Part shown: one piece after another, positions 40,011-49,066 of the stretch
Layout of the letters: each line of letters opens with the position of its first letter
How positions within the stretch are numbered: position 1 is the stretch's first letter
DNA from: an uncultured archaeon
Lineage (GTDB): Archaea > Asgardarchaeota > Lokiarchaeia > Sigyniarchaeales > SOKP01
NCBI GenBank assembly: GCA_964493715.1
Contig: CAZBPC010000004.1
Span: forward strand, 40,563-104,562
Direction of reading: 5' to 3'
DNA length: 64,000 nucleotides
The notes under the pieces: model-generated
The model's input: only the letters and a program-made list of their open reading frames with translations
Databases searched by the model: none
Told to the model about the DNA's origin: nothing
Position numbers and translations under genes: made by a program

Positions 40011-40574
40011 ATGACAAGTATAGAGAAATATTTTAGTCTTGGAGTTATTCATGGTCGTTTTCAAATCCTTCATAATGATCACATGAAATACCTCATGGCA
40101 GGTAAAAAGTTATGCAATCATCTCATTGTTGGCATTACCAATCCCGATCCAACCTTGACGAGAGATACCAATGCAAATCCGCACCGAAGCAAGACGAGTT
40201 CAAATCCTCTCACCTATTACGAACGCCTTATCATGATCAGAGAAGCATTACTGGAAGTGGGATTAAAACTTTCTGATTTTACTATTGTACCCTTTCCAAT
40301 TAATATACCAGAACTAATAAAATATTACGTCCCTTTAGATGCTGTTTTCTTTCTTTCTATTTATGATGATTGGGGTAGACAAAAAAAAAAATATTTTGAA
40401 GACTTAAGATTAAAAATTCATGTGTTATGGGAAGTAAGCTTGGAAGAAAAAGGTTTAAGTGGAAGTAATATTCGTAGTGCAATGGTAAATGATGAACCTT
40501 GGGAAGACTTTTTACCAAAAAGTGTTGTAAAACTAGTGAATGAATGGAAAATAGTTCAAAGGTTAAAACATTGA
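40011..40574 (+). CDS. Nicotinamide/nicotinate-nucleotide adenylyltransferase-like (HxGH nucleotidyltransferase superfamily)
   Basis: HGRFQILHNDH, VGITNPD, NPLTYYER, SGSNIR...W...P. Confidence 0.8.
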   Translation: MTSIEKYFSLGVIHGRFQILHNDHMKYLMAGKKLCNHLIVGITNPDPTLTRDTNANPHRSKTSSNPLTYYERLIMIREALLEVGLKLSDFTIVPFPINIPELIKYYVPLDAVFFLSIYDDWGRQKKKYFEDLRLKIHVLWEVSLEEKGLSGSNIRSAMVNDEPWEDFLPKSVVKLVNEWKIVQRLKH

Positions 40575-41113
40575 ACGTGAAAATTCGTAATGCAATAATT
40601 TCAGATAGTGAAAAAATTGCTTGTATTAGTGTTGATACGTGGAGGAGTGCATATACAGGTCTGATTAATAAAAAAACTTTAGATAATTTATCCTATTTAG
40701 ATAAAGTTAATGGATGGAGAATTAAAATTGAATCCTTGGATAATCGAACCAAAATATTTGTTGCTGAAATAGATAACGAGTTGGTTGGTTTCGCTCTTGC
40801 AGGTCAAGAACAACAAGATCCAAGCGTTAAAAGTTTACATGATATAGGTGAATTGATGGCTATTTATGTATCTGATAAATATCAGAGAAGAGGTATTGGA
40901 ACACTATTAGTTCAAAAAGTGGTTGATTATCTAATTAAAAATAATATAAATTCCATGTGTGTTTGGACCATAGAAAATAATCCCTTTGGCAAGTTTTATA
41001 TTAAGCTTGGAGCGGAATTATTTGATTCTAAACCTCATCTTATTGATCAAAAAGAATATACTTTAGTAGGATATGGTTGGAAGGATATTAAATCTTTAAT
41101 GCATTCTTCCTAA
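40571..41113 (+). CDS. GNAT acetyltransferase
   Basis: TWRSAY.GL, ELMAIYV..YQRRGIG, FYIKLG. Start probably TTG 40571 (the ORF track extends it to 40544). Confidence 0.85.
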   Translation: MNVKIRNAIISDSEKIACISVDTWRSAYTGLINKKTLDNLSYLDKVNGWRIKIESLDNRTKIFVAEIDNELVGFALAGQEQQDPSVKSLHDIGELMAIYVSDKYQRRGIGTLLVQKVVDYLIKNNINSMCVWTIENNPFGKFYIKLGAELFDSKPHLIDQKEYTLVGYGWKDIKSLMHSS

Positions 41114-41156
41114 TATAAAATTAATAACGAGAATAATAAGAAAAAATAAGAAATAA

Positions 41157-42563
41157 TTATTTCTTTTTGCGAGATGGTTCAATCTTCTTGATAATGATTG
41201 ACTCAGCATGTATCTTGCAGTTCTTAAGGATGATCTTGAAACCACCGGCACCGCCTACTCCAGGAACTGTAAATGCTTGGGTTCCCATTGGAATCATGGC
41301 GCCCCCTTCTTCGGGTTCTTCCTCTTCTTCTTCTTCAGCTTCTAAACCCGCCCAAGATGCTACAACAGGATGATCCACTTCTTTTAACCACTCCTTTAAG
41401 GCGTTAATGTCTTGGACTTCATTTTCAGTCGCGATTTTTGGGACGAGATCTGCCGGAAGAAATTCTGCCACGCGTTCCTTTACACTACTGTTCATCCACA
41501 CGGTTTGGCTGATACCACCATCATATTGTTGGTATTTTGGACTGCCAATGTACTGAATGCTGATACCATTGAATCCGGGCATTTGTTTTCCACCTCCTGT
41601 CTGGTTGGCCATTGCACTGAAAGGTAAGCCATTAATCGCAACATCACCAAAGTTTCGATCCACAATTCCATGGCCATTCACTTCAGGAATGAAGAAATCG
41701 ATCGCTTCAAAACAACCACAGGAAGTGTGTGGGAATTCCATGCCTGAATAGAGATAAATCCTCTCAATTTCTCCCAAAGATCGTTTTTTAATCATTTCAT
41801 TGATGCCTGTATATTCTCCAGCTTCAAGATTCAAGCATTCTCCGGGAGGAACCTCAAATAAGGGACCTTTTGGATCTACTTTTGCTGCAGCTCGAGCATC
41901 GAACCAATTAATTGAACCACACAGACTCGTTCTGTCAGGGGTTATGCAACAAGCGTGGGTTGGCGCGAAAGATTGGCATAAAACGCAACCATAAAACATA
42001 TCAACATCAGAATCATGGATGGTTCTGGCTCGTTCATCCCTTTTATTATAAATTTCCATTGCCATCTCGTAAGGCTTTTCAATCGCTTTAGGATCCGTAT
42101 AAATCGTTACTTGCGCTTGTTCTATGATAGGCAATTCAGCTTTATAGAGCCTAATGAGAACAGTACCAAGCATTTTAAGAGAATTAAAACCTTTTTCGAA
42201 TGCTGCTTTGGAAATGCGCATCCAATTTGTATAGCGCTGATTAAGATGCATTACTCCATTAACAAAATTACAGAATTCATGAACTCTTCGTTCAAATACA
42301 GCTTCGAGATCCTCTTCTAATTCAGGTCCTGCTACTTCCACATAAATTCCGATTGGATATCTGGAACCCTCTCCCATCTCTGTAAGATCTGGACCGATAA
42401 GGGTTACTGTTCCATCTTTTATCTCCTTCGGAGAAACGACACGAACGAGTTCGAAATGTTTTTCCACCTTAGGCCCCCCAAGCTCTACGTACATTTGATT
42501 TGCCCGTATACGTTCTCCCTCATATACCGGACCTACATCTACAGGAATGTCACTAAAACTCAT
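41157..42563 (-). CDS. cdhC: Acetyl-CoA decarbonylase/synthase beta subunit (acetyl-CoA synthase)
   Basis: YEGERIR, CVLCQSFAPTHAC, PHTSCGCFE A-cluster ligands, acidic linker, C-terminal FKIILKNCKIHAE. Confidence 0.95.
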   Translation of the reverse strand: MSFSDIPVDVGPVYEGERIRANQMYVELGGPKVEKHFELVRVVSPKEIKDGTVTLIGPDLTEMGEGSRYPIGIYVEVAGPELEEDLEAVFERRVHEFCNFVNGVMHLNQRYTNWMRISKAAFEKGFNSLKMLGTVLIRLYKAELPIIEQAQVTIYTDPKAIEKPYEMAMEIYNKRDERARTIHDSDVDMFYGCVLCQSFAPTHACCITPDRTSLCGSINWFDARAAAKVDPKGPLFEVPPGECLNLEAGEYTGINEMIKKRSLGEIERIYLYSGMEFPHTSCGCFEAIDFFIPEVNGHGIVDRNFGDVAINGLPFSAMANQTGGGKQMPGFNGISIQYIGSPKYQQYDGGISQTVWMNSSVKERVAEFLPADLVPKIATENEVQDINALKEWLKEVDHPVVASWAGLEAEEEEEEEPEEGGAMIPMGTQAFTVPGVGGAGGFKIILKNCKIHAESIIIKKIEPSRKKK

Positions 42564-42607
42564 GTCTTTTTAAACCTCATTTATTTTATTATTTTTATTT
42601 ATCATTT

Positions 42608-43138
42608 TTATAAATTTTTAATTAATTCTTCTAGAAATCGTTTCCAATCGTCATCGCTTAGATTTGGTAGACTAAAACGAGCATTTGGATGAGAATATTT
42701 ATCTAGGTTAATAGTTCTTACCCAGTTTGAGAAATTTTTGATCCTGCTCATTGTTTGTGATACATAATAAACCAAATGACCGCCAAAAATTGCCATGTTA
42801 TATTGTCCCTTTCCATCTATTCCTTTCCAGTCTTTATCTACCAATCTTCCAGTGATATTAATTAGCGACATGTCTTGGAGTCTATCCTTGCTTATTTTAT
42901 CTTTTAAGTACGTATAGACGTGTCCAGTCGAAACGACTTGGCAATTTAATTTATTTGCGATGTCAATGTAATAGTCAGCGACCTTCTTTCCATCTAGTTC
43001 CCAATTAATTGCTTCAGCACCAATTATCATCACTTTTCGTTTAGGTGATTTTAAAAGATTAGCCATTACTTTTGGGTCATAGACGCTAGTGCCCATTTCT
43101 GGACCTGGAATATTGGCCTTCTGATAAGGTCTTGCCAT
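42608..43138 (-). CDS. cdhB: ACDS/CODH epsilon subunit
   Basis: PYQKANIPGP, WKGIDGKGQY, YYVSQ, HPNARFSLPNL; adjacent to cdhC. Confidence 0.9.
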   Translation of the reverse strand: MARPYQKANIPGPEMGTSVYDPKVMANLLKSPKRKVMIIGAEAINWELDGKKVADYYIDIANKLNCQVVSTGHVYTYLKDKISKDRLQDMSLINITGRLVDKDWKGIDGKGQYNMAIFGGHLVYYVSQTMSRIKNFSNWVRTINLDKYSHPNARFSLPNLSDDDWKRFLEELIKNL

Positions 43139-43291
43139 TTTTTCATCAATTTCCTTTGTTTGAGTTTTGAATTATAAGTTTTAATATAATTGCTATATTT
43201 TATTTTATTAAACGTGTTTTAAAAAATTTGGTTTTAGAAGAACATACCAAACTTACTGAAGAGTAGAATTAAATTAAAGTGAATTAAAGCG

Positions 43292-43585
43292 ATGTGTGAA
43301 TTTAAAATAATCAAGCAAAATGATGGTTTGCAGATATTAGAGGATATTGTAGTTTTAACCTACACGGATAATAATGAATTATTATTCAAAGACGTGCTAG
43401 GAATGGGTGAATCATTGGAATCAGCCTTAATCATGAGCGTGAATACCTTAAATCAGAAATGTGAGGTTTTAGAGCACCCGATAATCAAGAATTTTATGAA
43501 ACTTTTAAAAAAAGTACAAGCGAATGAACTTACGAATGTTGATATAGAAGAATTTAGTAAAGAATTGAGTAAACTCAAGTCCTAA
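43292..43585 (+). CDS. cooT: CooT-like nickel-binding protein
   Basis: MCE start, ILEDIV, KDVLG...ALIMSVN; divergent from cdhB. Confidence 0.65.
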   Translation: MCEFKIIKQNDGLQILEDIVVLTYTDNNELLFKDVLGMGESLESALIMSVNTLNQKCEVLEHPIIKNFMKLLKKVQANELTNVDIEEFSKELSKLKS

Positions 43586-43647
43586 AGATAAAAAAGGTTT
43601 TTTAATGGGGAAGCAATTTTTAAAAAACATTACTTACTAAATTTAAC

Positions 43648-44511
43648 ATGCAAGTAAGATTTCATGATGATATCTTCGATTTTTATAATATAGCCCTTCC
43701 ATTTTTGCTTATGCACGAGACAGAAAACAATCTTCTTTTAGGCATATTAGACACGATTAAAGATGATCCCAATCGATATGGGGAATCTAAGCCCGTTTTA
43801 ACATCGGTAATGGATGGAGATCAAGTAAAACTTATAGCTATTAGAACACCCCCGTTTAATCAACTCATTTCATATACTGATGATCTAACTTCCATAGATA
43901 TTTTCGTAGATGCTTTGAATAAGAATGATCTTGAATTACCAGGAGTACTCGGTACTAAAGAGGGTGCTGAAAAATTTACGAAATTATGGTGTAAGGGGAA
44001 AGAATTAAAAGCTAATTTAATTGCGAATGAGCGGATTTACAAATTAAAAGAAATTTCTGAAAATACACTCGGAGATAGAAAGTTTATAAAAGCTGACGAC
44101 TCTTTTAAAGAATTGATTCTTAATTGGGGAAGAGAATTTATGGTGAAAGCATTACCAGAGAGTGAAGTCAATCTTCGGGATAATTGGAAAGAGAGTTTAC
44201 GGAGGTCGGTAGATGAAGGGAGGATCTTTTTGTTATTAGATAACGGATTACCTGTTTCTATGGTCCGGAAGGCAGGAAAGACACCTAATGGAATCACGGT
44301 AAACCTAGTGTACACGCCTCCATCGTTGAGGAGAAGAGGATATGCTACGGAGTGTGTGGCAAAATTAAGTAAGCTCTTACTTGATGAAGGGAATAAATTC
44401 TGCTTTTTATTTACAGATTTACTGAATCCTACTTCAAATAGCATCTATCAAAAAATAGGTTATCGACCAATCATTGATGTAGATCAATATGAATTTATAG
44501 TAGAAAAGTAG
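43648..44511 (+). CDS. GNAT acetyltransferase (C-terminal FR47-like domain)
   Basis: VYTPPSLRRRGYA, LFTDLLNPTSNSIYQKIGY. Confidence 0.88.
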   Translation: MQVRFHDDIFDFYNIALPFLLMHETENNLLLGILDTIKDDPNRYGESKPVLTSVMDGDQVKLIAIRTPPFNQLISYTDDLTSIDIFVDALNKNDLELPGVLGTKEGAEKFTKLWCKGKELKANLIANERIYKLKEISENTLGDRKFIKADDSFKELILNWGREFMVKALPESEVNLRDNWKESLRRSVDEGRIFLLLDNGLPVSMVRKAGKTPNGITVNLVYTPPSLRRRGYATECVAKLSKLLLDEGNKFCFLFTDLLNPTSNSIYQKIGYRPIIDVDQYEFIVEK

Positions 44512-44587
44512 GAATGATTAAAATTAAAAAAAAAGCGAGAAAGTCTCCTGATTTTCTCCATTAAACTAGTATTAGGGTTGTTTATTT

Positions 44588-44872
44588 CTATGCGGGAAGA
44601 ATTTCGATTTCAATCGAGGAAACATTAGTGATTGTTCCATCCGTATTTTTCAACGTTTCAGTTCCTACCTTGATTTCCCCATAACTGCTTCCTTTTACAA
44701 ACTTATTTATGGTAATTTCAGCTACGTCAACTGCTCTTGAAATTGATCTTCCACGTGCGAGTAATCTTACTGGTTTTTCATTGAGCACGACCATGGCAGC
44801 CATTACATAAGCCATTGATTTTTTATTACCAATAAATACTTTTGAATCATCTTTATCTCTCATATTTTTCAC
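44588..44872 (-). CDS. albA: Alba DNA/RNA-binding protein
   Basis: VFIGNKKSMAYV, ARGRSISRAVDVAE, VSSIEI. Confidence 0.93.
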   Translation of the reverse strand: MKNMRDKDDSKVFIGNKKSMAYVMAAMVVLNEKPVRLLARGRSISRAVDVAEITINKFVKGSSYGEIKVGTETLKNTDGTITNVSSIEIEILPA

Positions 44873-45087
44873 CTATTAGTTATCCGTAATTTGTTTCTTT
44901 CCTTTACTTTCTGCTTTTAACTCTTCCGAGTTATCATTTAAGCTAACCTTAAAAGCATAGTTAGCTATTTTGTATAAACTTATGTAATCATATAAACATT
45001 TTGCAATTTTTCTTATCTTATTGCGAGAGTAAAACAGAAGCATTTCTGAAGTAAAACAAGAGATATAATTCGAGAAACAAATTGGTA

Positions 45088-45873
45088 TTATTCGATCCAG
45101 TTATGAGATTTTTGTAAGTCTTTTATTATTTTTTTCTTATCGGTGAACTTGTACCAATCTGAAGCGATGGTTTCTAGTGGATACGCATCAATGAAGCTTT
45201 TATTCATTAAATGATTGCTTAAAATTTTTATCGAGTTCATGACGGTTGAGTTTTTAGAATTTATGAATTTTGCTTTATTTAAAGCCACTTTCATTAACTC
45301 GTCTTGATTTTCTACGATCTCATCTATTAATCCAATTTCCAATGCTTTATTAGCATTTAATCTTTCAGCAAACATGAGCATCTTTTTGGTCCATGGGATC
45401 CCGATAATTTTAGAGAAAAGGGTAACACAACCAGTGCCAGGAAAAATCGCAGAATTGATTTCTGGCATTTGAAAAAAACTTTCCTTTACCGCTATTCGAT
45501 AATCACAACAAACTAAAAATACTACACCTTCACCCAAAGTACGACCATTAATTGCACATATCGCTGGTTTTCCATTATATAATAATTGGCAAATAGAAGC
45601 TGCTAGATACTCCAGTTCCTTCACGTCGTTATAATCATATTGTGTTATCTCCCCCAAGTCCATTCCAGTACTAAACGAATTCCCCTTGGCAGTCAAAATG
45701 ATTCCTTTAATTTTCTCATTATCTTGACAAAACTCAACTGCTTCTTTCAAATGTTTTAATTGACCAATAGTAAATGAGTTTGATCTATGGACTTTATTAA
45801 GCATGATAATTCCAAAATGTCTTAAAATTGAGAATTCTATATATTCTCCAAAATTATATCGATTTTCTGGCAT
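45088..45873 (-). CDS. Enoyl-CoA hydratase/isomerase family protein
   Basis: FSTGMDL, KPAICAING, CDYRIA, FQMPE, ALEIGLID. Confidence 0.88.
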   Translation of the reverse strand: MPENRYNFGEYIEFSILRHFGIIMLNKVHRSNSFTIGQLKHLKEAVEFCQDNEKIKGIILTAKGNSFSTGMDLGEITQYDYNDVKELEYLAASICQLLYNGKPAICAINGRTLGEGVVFLVCCDYRIAVKESFFQMPEINSAIFPGTGCVTLFSKIIGIPWTKKMLMFAERLNANKALEIGLIDEIVENQDELMKVALNKAKFINSKNSTVMNSIKILSNHLMNKSFIDAYPLETIASDWYKFTDKKKIIKDLQKSHNWIE

Positions 45874-45943
45874 TAAGTAGAATTATATACTAAAATAAAT
45901 AAATAAAGTAGGTTTTTTAATTAAAATAATTAAGTTGTTTAAG

Positions 45944-46666
45944 CTATTTACGTTGGAATAAAGTTTGCATCCAAGAAGGTAAGTAAAATCCGCCATAGAA
46001 GAAGATTGCGCTTAATATTTCTAGAGTGCGATAAATTGAAAGTGTTAGGATACTAAGTGGAATAGCTGTATCTAGCGTAGCGCCAATAATAAATAATAGA
46101 AAAGCGACTAATAATAATTTCCCCTTTAGTTTTATGTCTGGATCGGTAGATTTTAAAGATTGTTTTGTAAAAAGTAATCCTGTTATAAGCATTATCACAA
46201 GAATAGTAAATGCGAACCCAGCAACAAATAAACCATACTGGACATCAGTAACACCTTTAAGATATCCGATTAAGATTGGATCAATACTCAATAAGATAAA
46301 GAAAGTAATTTCAAAGAAAAGACCATATACCATAAATAAAGATCTGATCATTTTCTTTTTCTTGAGATCTAAGAAGTCACAAAGAACCCAAATCCATAAA
46401 ATTAAAGCTACAGGCATTAAAATATTGCCTATGATGAAATAGGGAATCTCTGTTAAGTTTTGTGAGTTAATCAAGTACATTATAAAAGAAATACCACCAG
46501 GATACCAAGGACAAACTAAAAGGATCCAACATAATCCAACTAAGAGTAATTCTCTTTTTCTAAGTTTAAAATATTTTGAGATTAGTCGTGCACCAACATA
46601 TATCGAGATACCATCTAATAATAAGATTAAGATACCATTTGCTAAATCAAGGACTCCTAATGTCAT
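45944..46666 (-). CDS. Stand-alone 7-TM membrane protein
   Basis: Seven hydrophobic segments, no soluble domain. Confidence 0.75.
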   Translation of the reverse strand: MTLGVLDLANGILILLLDGISIYVGARLISKYFKLRKRELLLVGLCWILLVCPWYPGGISFIMYLINSQNLTEIPYFIIGNILMPVALILWIWVLCDFLDLKKKKMIRSLFMVYGLFFEITFFILLSIDPILIGYLKGVTDVQYGLFVAGFAFTILVIMLITGLLFTKQSLKSTDPDIKLKGKLLLVAFLLFIIGATLDTAIPLSILTLSIYRTLEILSAIFFYGGFYLPSWMQTLFQRK

Positions 46667-46878
46667 TTATAATCAGATTTATTTTTAATTTAACTACTAC
46701 ATCTTCCTTTTCCTTTTAAATTTTTACTTTGAGGGATGAACAAATGATTCTCTCATTTAAATCTATCAATCACCTATTCGATAAATGAAAACTCAAATTA
46801 TTAATCCAAATTCTTAAAAATCTCTCCAATAAATAGAATAACTTATTTAAGGTAAATAGCAAATTCTAATAATATTAG

Positions 46879-48981
46879 TTGAATAACAGAAATATAAATC
46901 TGGTTTTAAGGCCTCAAGTGATAATTTTGATTAGAAAAAAAGATCTTGTCATTAGTCCAAACTTAAAAAGTACTTTTGAAAGGATTAATCAACATCTTTA
47001 TGCAAAATTAAAGCACATGGATACCGATACAAGAACCAGATCGAAAGAAATAATAAATTTGTTGTTATGCAAGCTTGTTGATGAAATTTCTAAAGGTTCA
47101 GAAGATCTTTTGGACTTTTCAATTAGAGATGAAGAAAATCAAGATCACTTATTTGAAAGAATTTATAACTTCTTCGAGAATAACGTAAAATCAAGGTACA
47201 AAGATATCATTAATGAAAATGAGCATATTAACTTAAGTTCAGACTTACTTTTCATTGTAGTTCAAGAATTACAGAATTTTTCTCTGATACACTCATCAAA
47301 AGATATTTTAAGTGATGCATTCGAAATTTTTGTAAGTAAAGTGCTAAAGGAGGAGGGAGGTCAATTTTTTACTCCCCCAAACATTATAAAATTCATGGTA
47401 AACTACTTAGATCCAGATATAGACTCAAAAATATTAGATCCTGCTTGTGGTCACGGTGGTTTCCTATTAGAAGTTAAAGATTATTTGTTATCAAAATTCA
47501 AAAATGAGGATCTTGATAATATTATCCCCATGATCCTTTCTAATCTCTATGGAATTGACAAGGATTCATTTCTTGTAAAAATATGCCGCCTCTATTTAGA
47601 GATTTTAAGTGGAGAACACTCTAATATTTTTTGCGAAGATTCATTAGATTTTGAAAATTACAGAGACTCAACAAAAGCCAAGATCCAAGAAGGTAAGTTT
47701 GATTACATTTTTACAAATCCTCCTTTTGGAGCACGAATCCCTATTAACAGTAAAGAAATTCTAAAAAATTATGCTTTAGGTCACGTTTGGAAAAATACTA
47801 CTGATAATGATTGGGTTATGCAAGATAAAATCATTAAGAATCAACCACCTCAAATATTGTTTATAGAAAGATGTATTCAATTATTACGTGTAGGTGGAAA
47901 ATTAGGCATAGTCCTCCCCGAAGGAATATTTGGAAATCCAACAAATAGATATATTTGGGAATATATACATAAAAATGGCATTATTTTAGGCGTGGTCTCA
48001 TTAGATCAAAATACATTTCAACCCTTCACTTGTAACAAAACAAGTATTCTCTTTTTTCAAAAATTAGATGTCATCCCCACTGAATATTCGATTAACTTTG
48101 CTATTGTAGAAAACATTGGACATGATAAAGATGGAAAAGATTTATTTAAATTGAATAAGGATGGGTCTTATAAATATGATGATGAAGGAAATCCAATCAT
48201 AAATGATGATCTAATTGATTTGCACATCCATCTAAAAAAAGTGGAGGATTTTGATTATCTTAAAGAACAAAAAGTTTTTAAATTAGAGAACTACCAGATT
48301 AAAAACAAAATTTATATTCCATATTATTATACGGGAGTAGAAAAAACGCTAAAATTGTTAGAAAAGGATAAGAACTTCGAATTAGTGTCAATTAAACACC
48401 TAACTGATGAAAAAATCATATATACTAATCATAATGGGTTCATTCCTAGAGGAGATGAAATAGGATCTCTACTTTATGGTTTAGGGGATATTCCTTTCAT
48501 TAGAACTAGCGATTTAAATAATTGGGAAATCAATTTGAATTCCAATAAGCGTACATCAAAGGAAGTTTATGATAAATATAAAAAAAAACAAAATATTGAA
48601 ATTGGGGATATCCTTCTCGTTAAGGATGGTGGATCGAACTTAATTGGTAAAACAGGATACGTGAGTGAATTAGATACTAATATCATCATACAAAGTCACA
48701 TTTTTCAATTTAAAATATTAAAAAACAATGAAGCAATCGATCCTTATCTATTATTGTATCTTCTTAATCTCGAGATTGTACAAAAACAAATTGAATCAAT
48801 CACCTTTATACAAGGAACAATAGCTAGTATAGGAAATCGAATAATAGAGGTAATTTTACCTCTGCCTTCAAATCATAAAAGAAGAATACAAATTTCAACT
48901 TATATTAAAGATATAATAGATTCTAAAACAAAAAATCGCAAAAAGATACAAAACTTATCGATTGAATCTTTTAATGAGTAA
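46879..48981 (+). CDS. N6-adenine DNA methyltransferase (HsdM-like) fused to a single TRD (HsdS half)
   Basis: GQFFTP, DPACGHGGFL, NPPF, VLPEG; C-terminal IPFIRTSD, GDILLVKDG..IG, IDPYLL..L. Start uncertain. Confidence 0.85.
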   Translation: MNNRNINLVLRPQVIILIRKKDLVISPNLKSTFERINQHLYAKLKHMDTDTRTRSKEIINLLLCKLVDEISKGSEDLLDFSIRDEENQDHLFERIYNFFENNVKSRYKDIINENEHINLSSDLLFIVVQELQNFSLIHSSKDILSDAFEIFVSKVLKEEGGQFFTPPNIIKFMVNYLDPDIDSKILDPACGHGGFLLEVKDYLLSKFKNEDLDNIIPMILSNLYGIDKDSFLVKICRLYLEILSGEHSNIFCEDSLDFENYRDSTKAKIQEGKFDYIFTNPPFGARIPINSKEILKNYALGHVWKNTTDNDWVMQDKIIKNQPPQILFIERCIQLLRVGGKLGIVLPEGIFGNPTNRYIWEYIHKNGIILGVVSLDQNTFQPFTCNKTSILFFQKLDVIPTEYSINFAIVENIGHDKDGKDLFKLNKDGSYKYDDEGNPIINDDLIDLHIHLKKVEDFDYLKEQKVFKLENYQIKNKIYIPYYYTGVEKTLKLLEKDKNFELVSIKHLTDEKIIYTNHNGFIPRGDEIGSLLYGLGDIPFIRTSDLNNWEINLNSNKRTSKEVYDKYKKKQNIEIGDILLVKDGGSNLIGKTGYVSELDTNIIIQSHIFQFKILKNNEAIDPYLLLYLLNLEIVQKQIESITFIQGTIASIGNRIIEVILPLPSNHKRRIQISTYIKDIIDSKTKNRKKIQNLSIESFNE

Positions 48982-49066
48982 TCTAATACGTATTTTATTA
49001 TCCTTTCTTTAAGAACAAAAAGCAGGAAAAAATGGAAAATTTTAACACCCTAGCTTAATAAAATAA

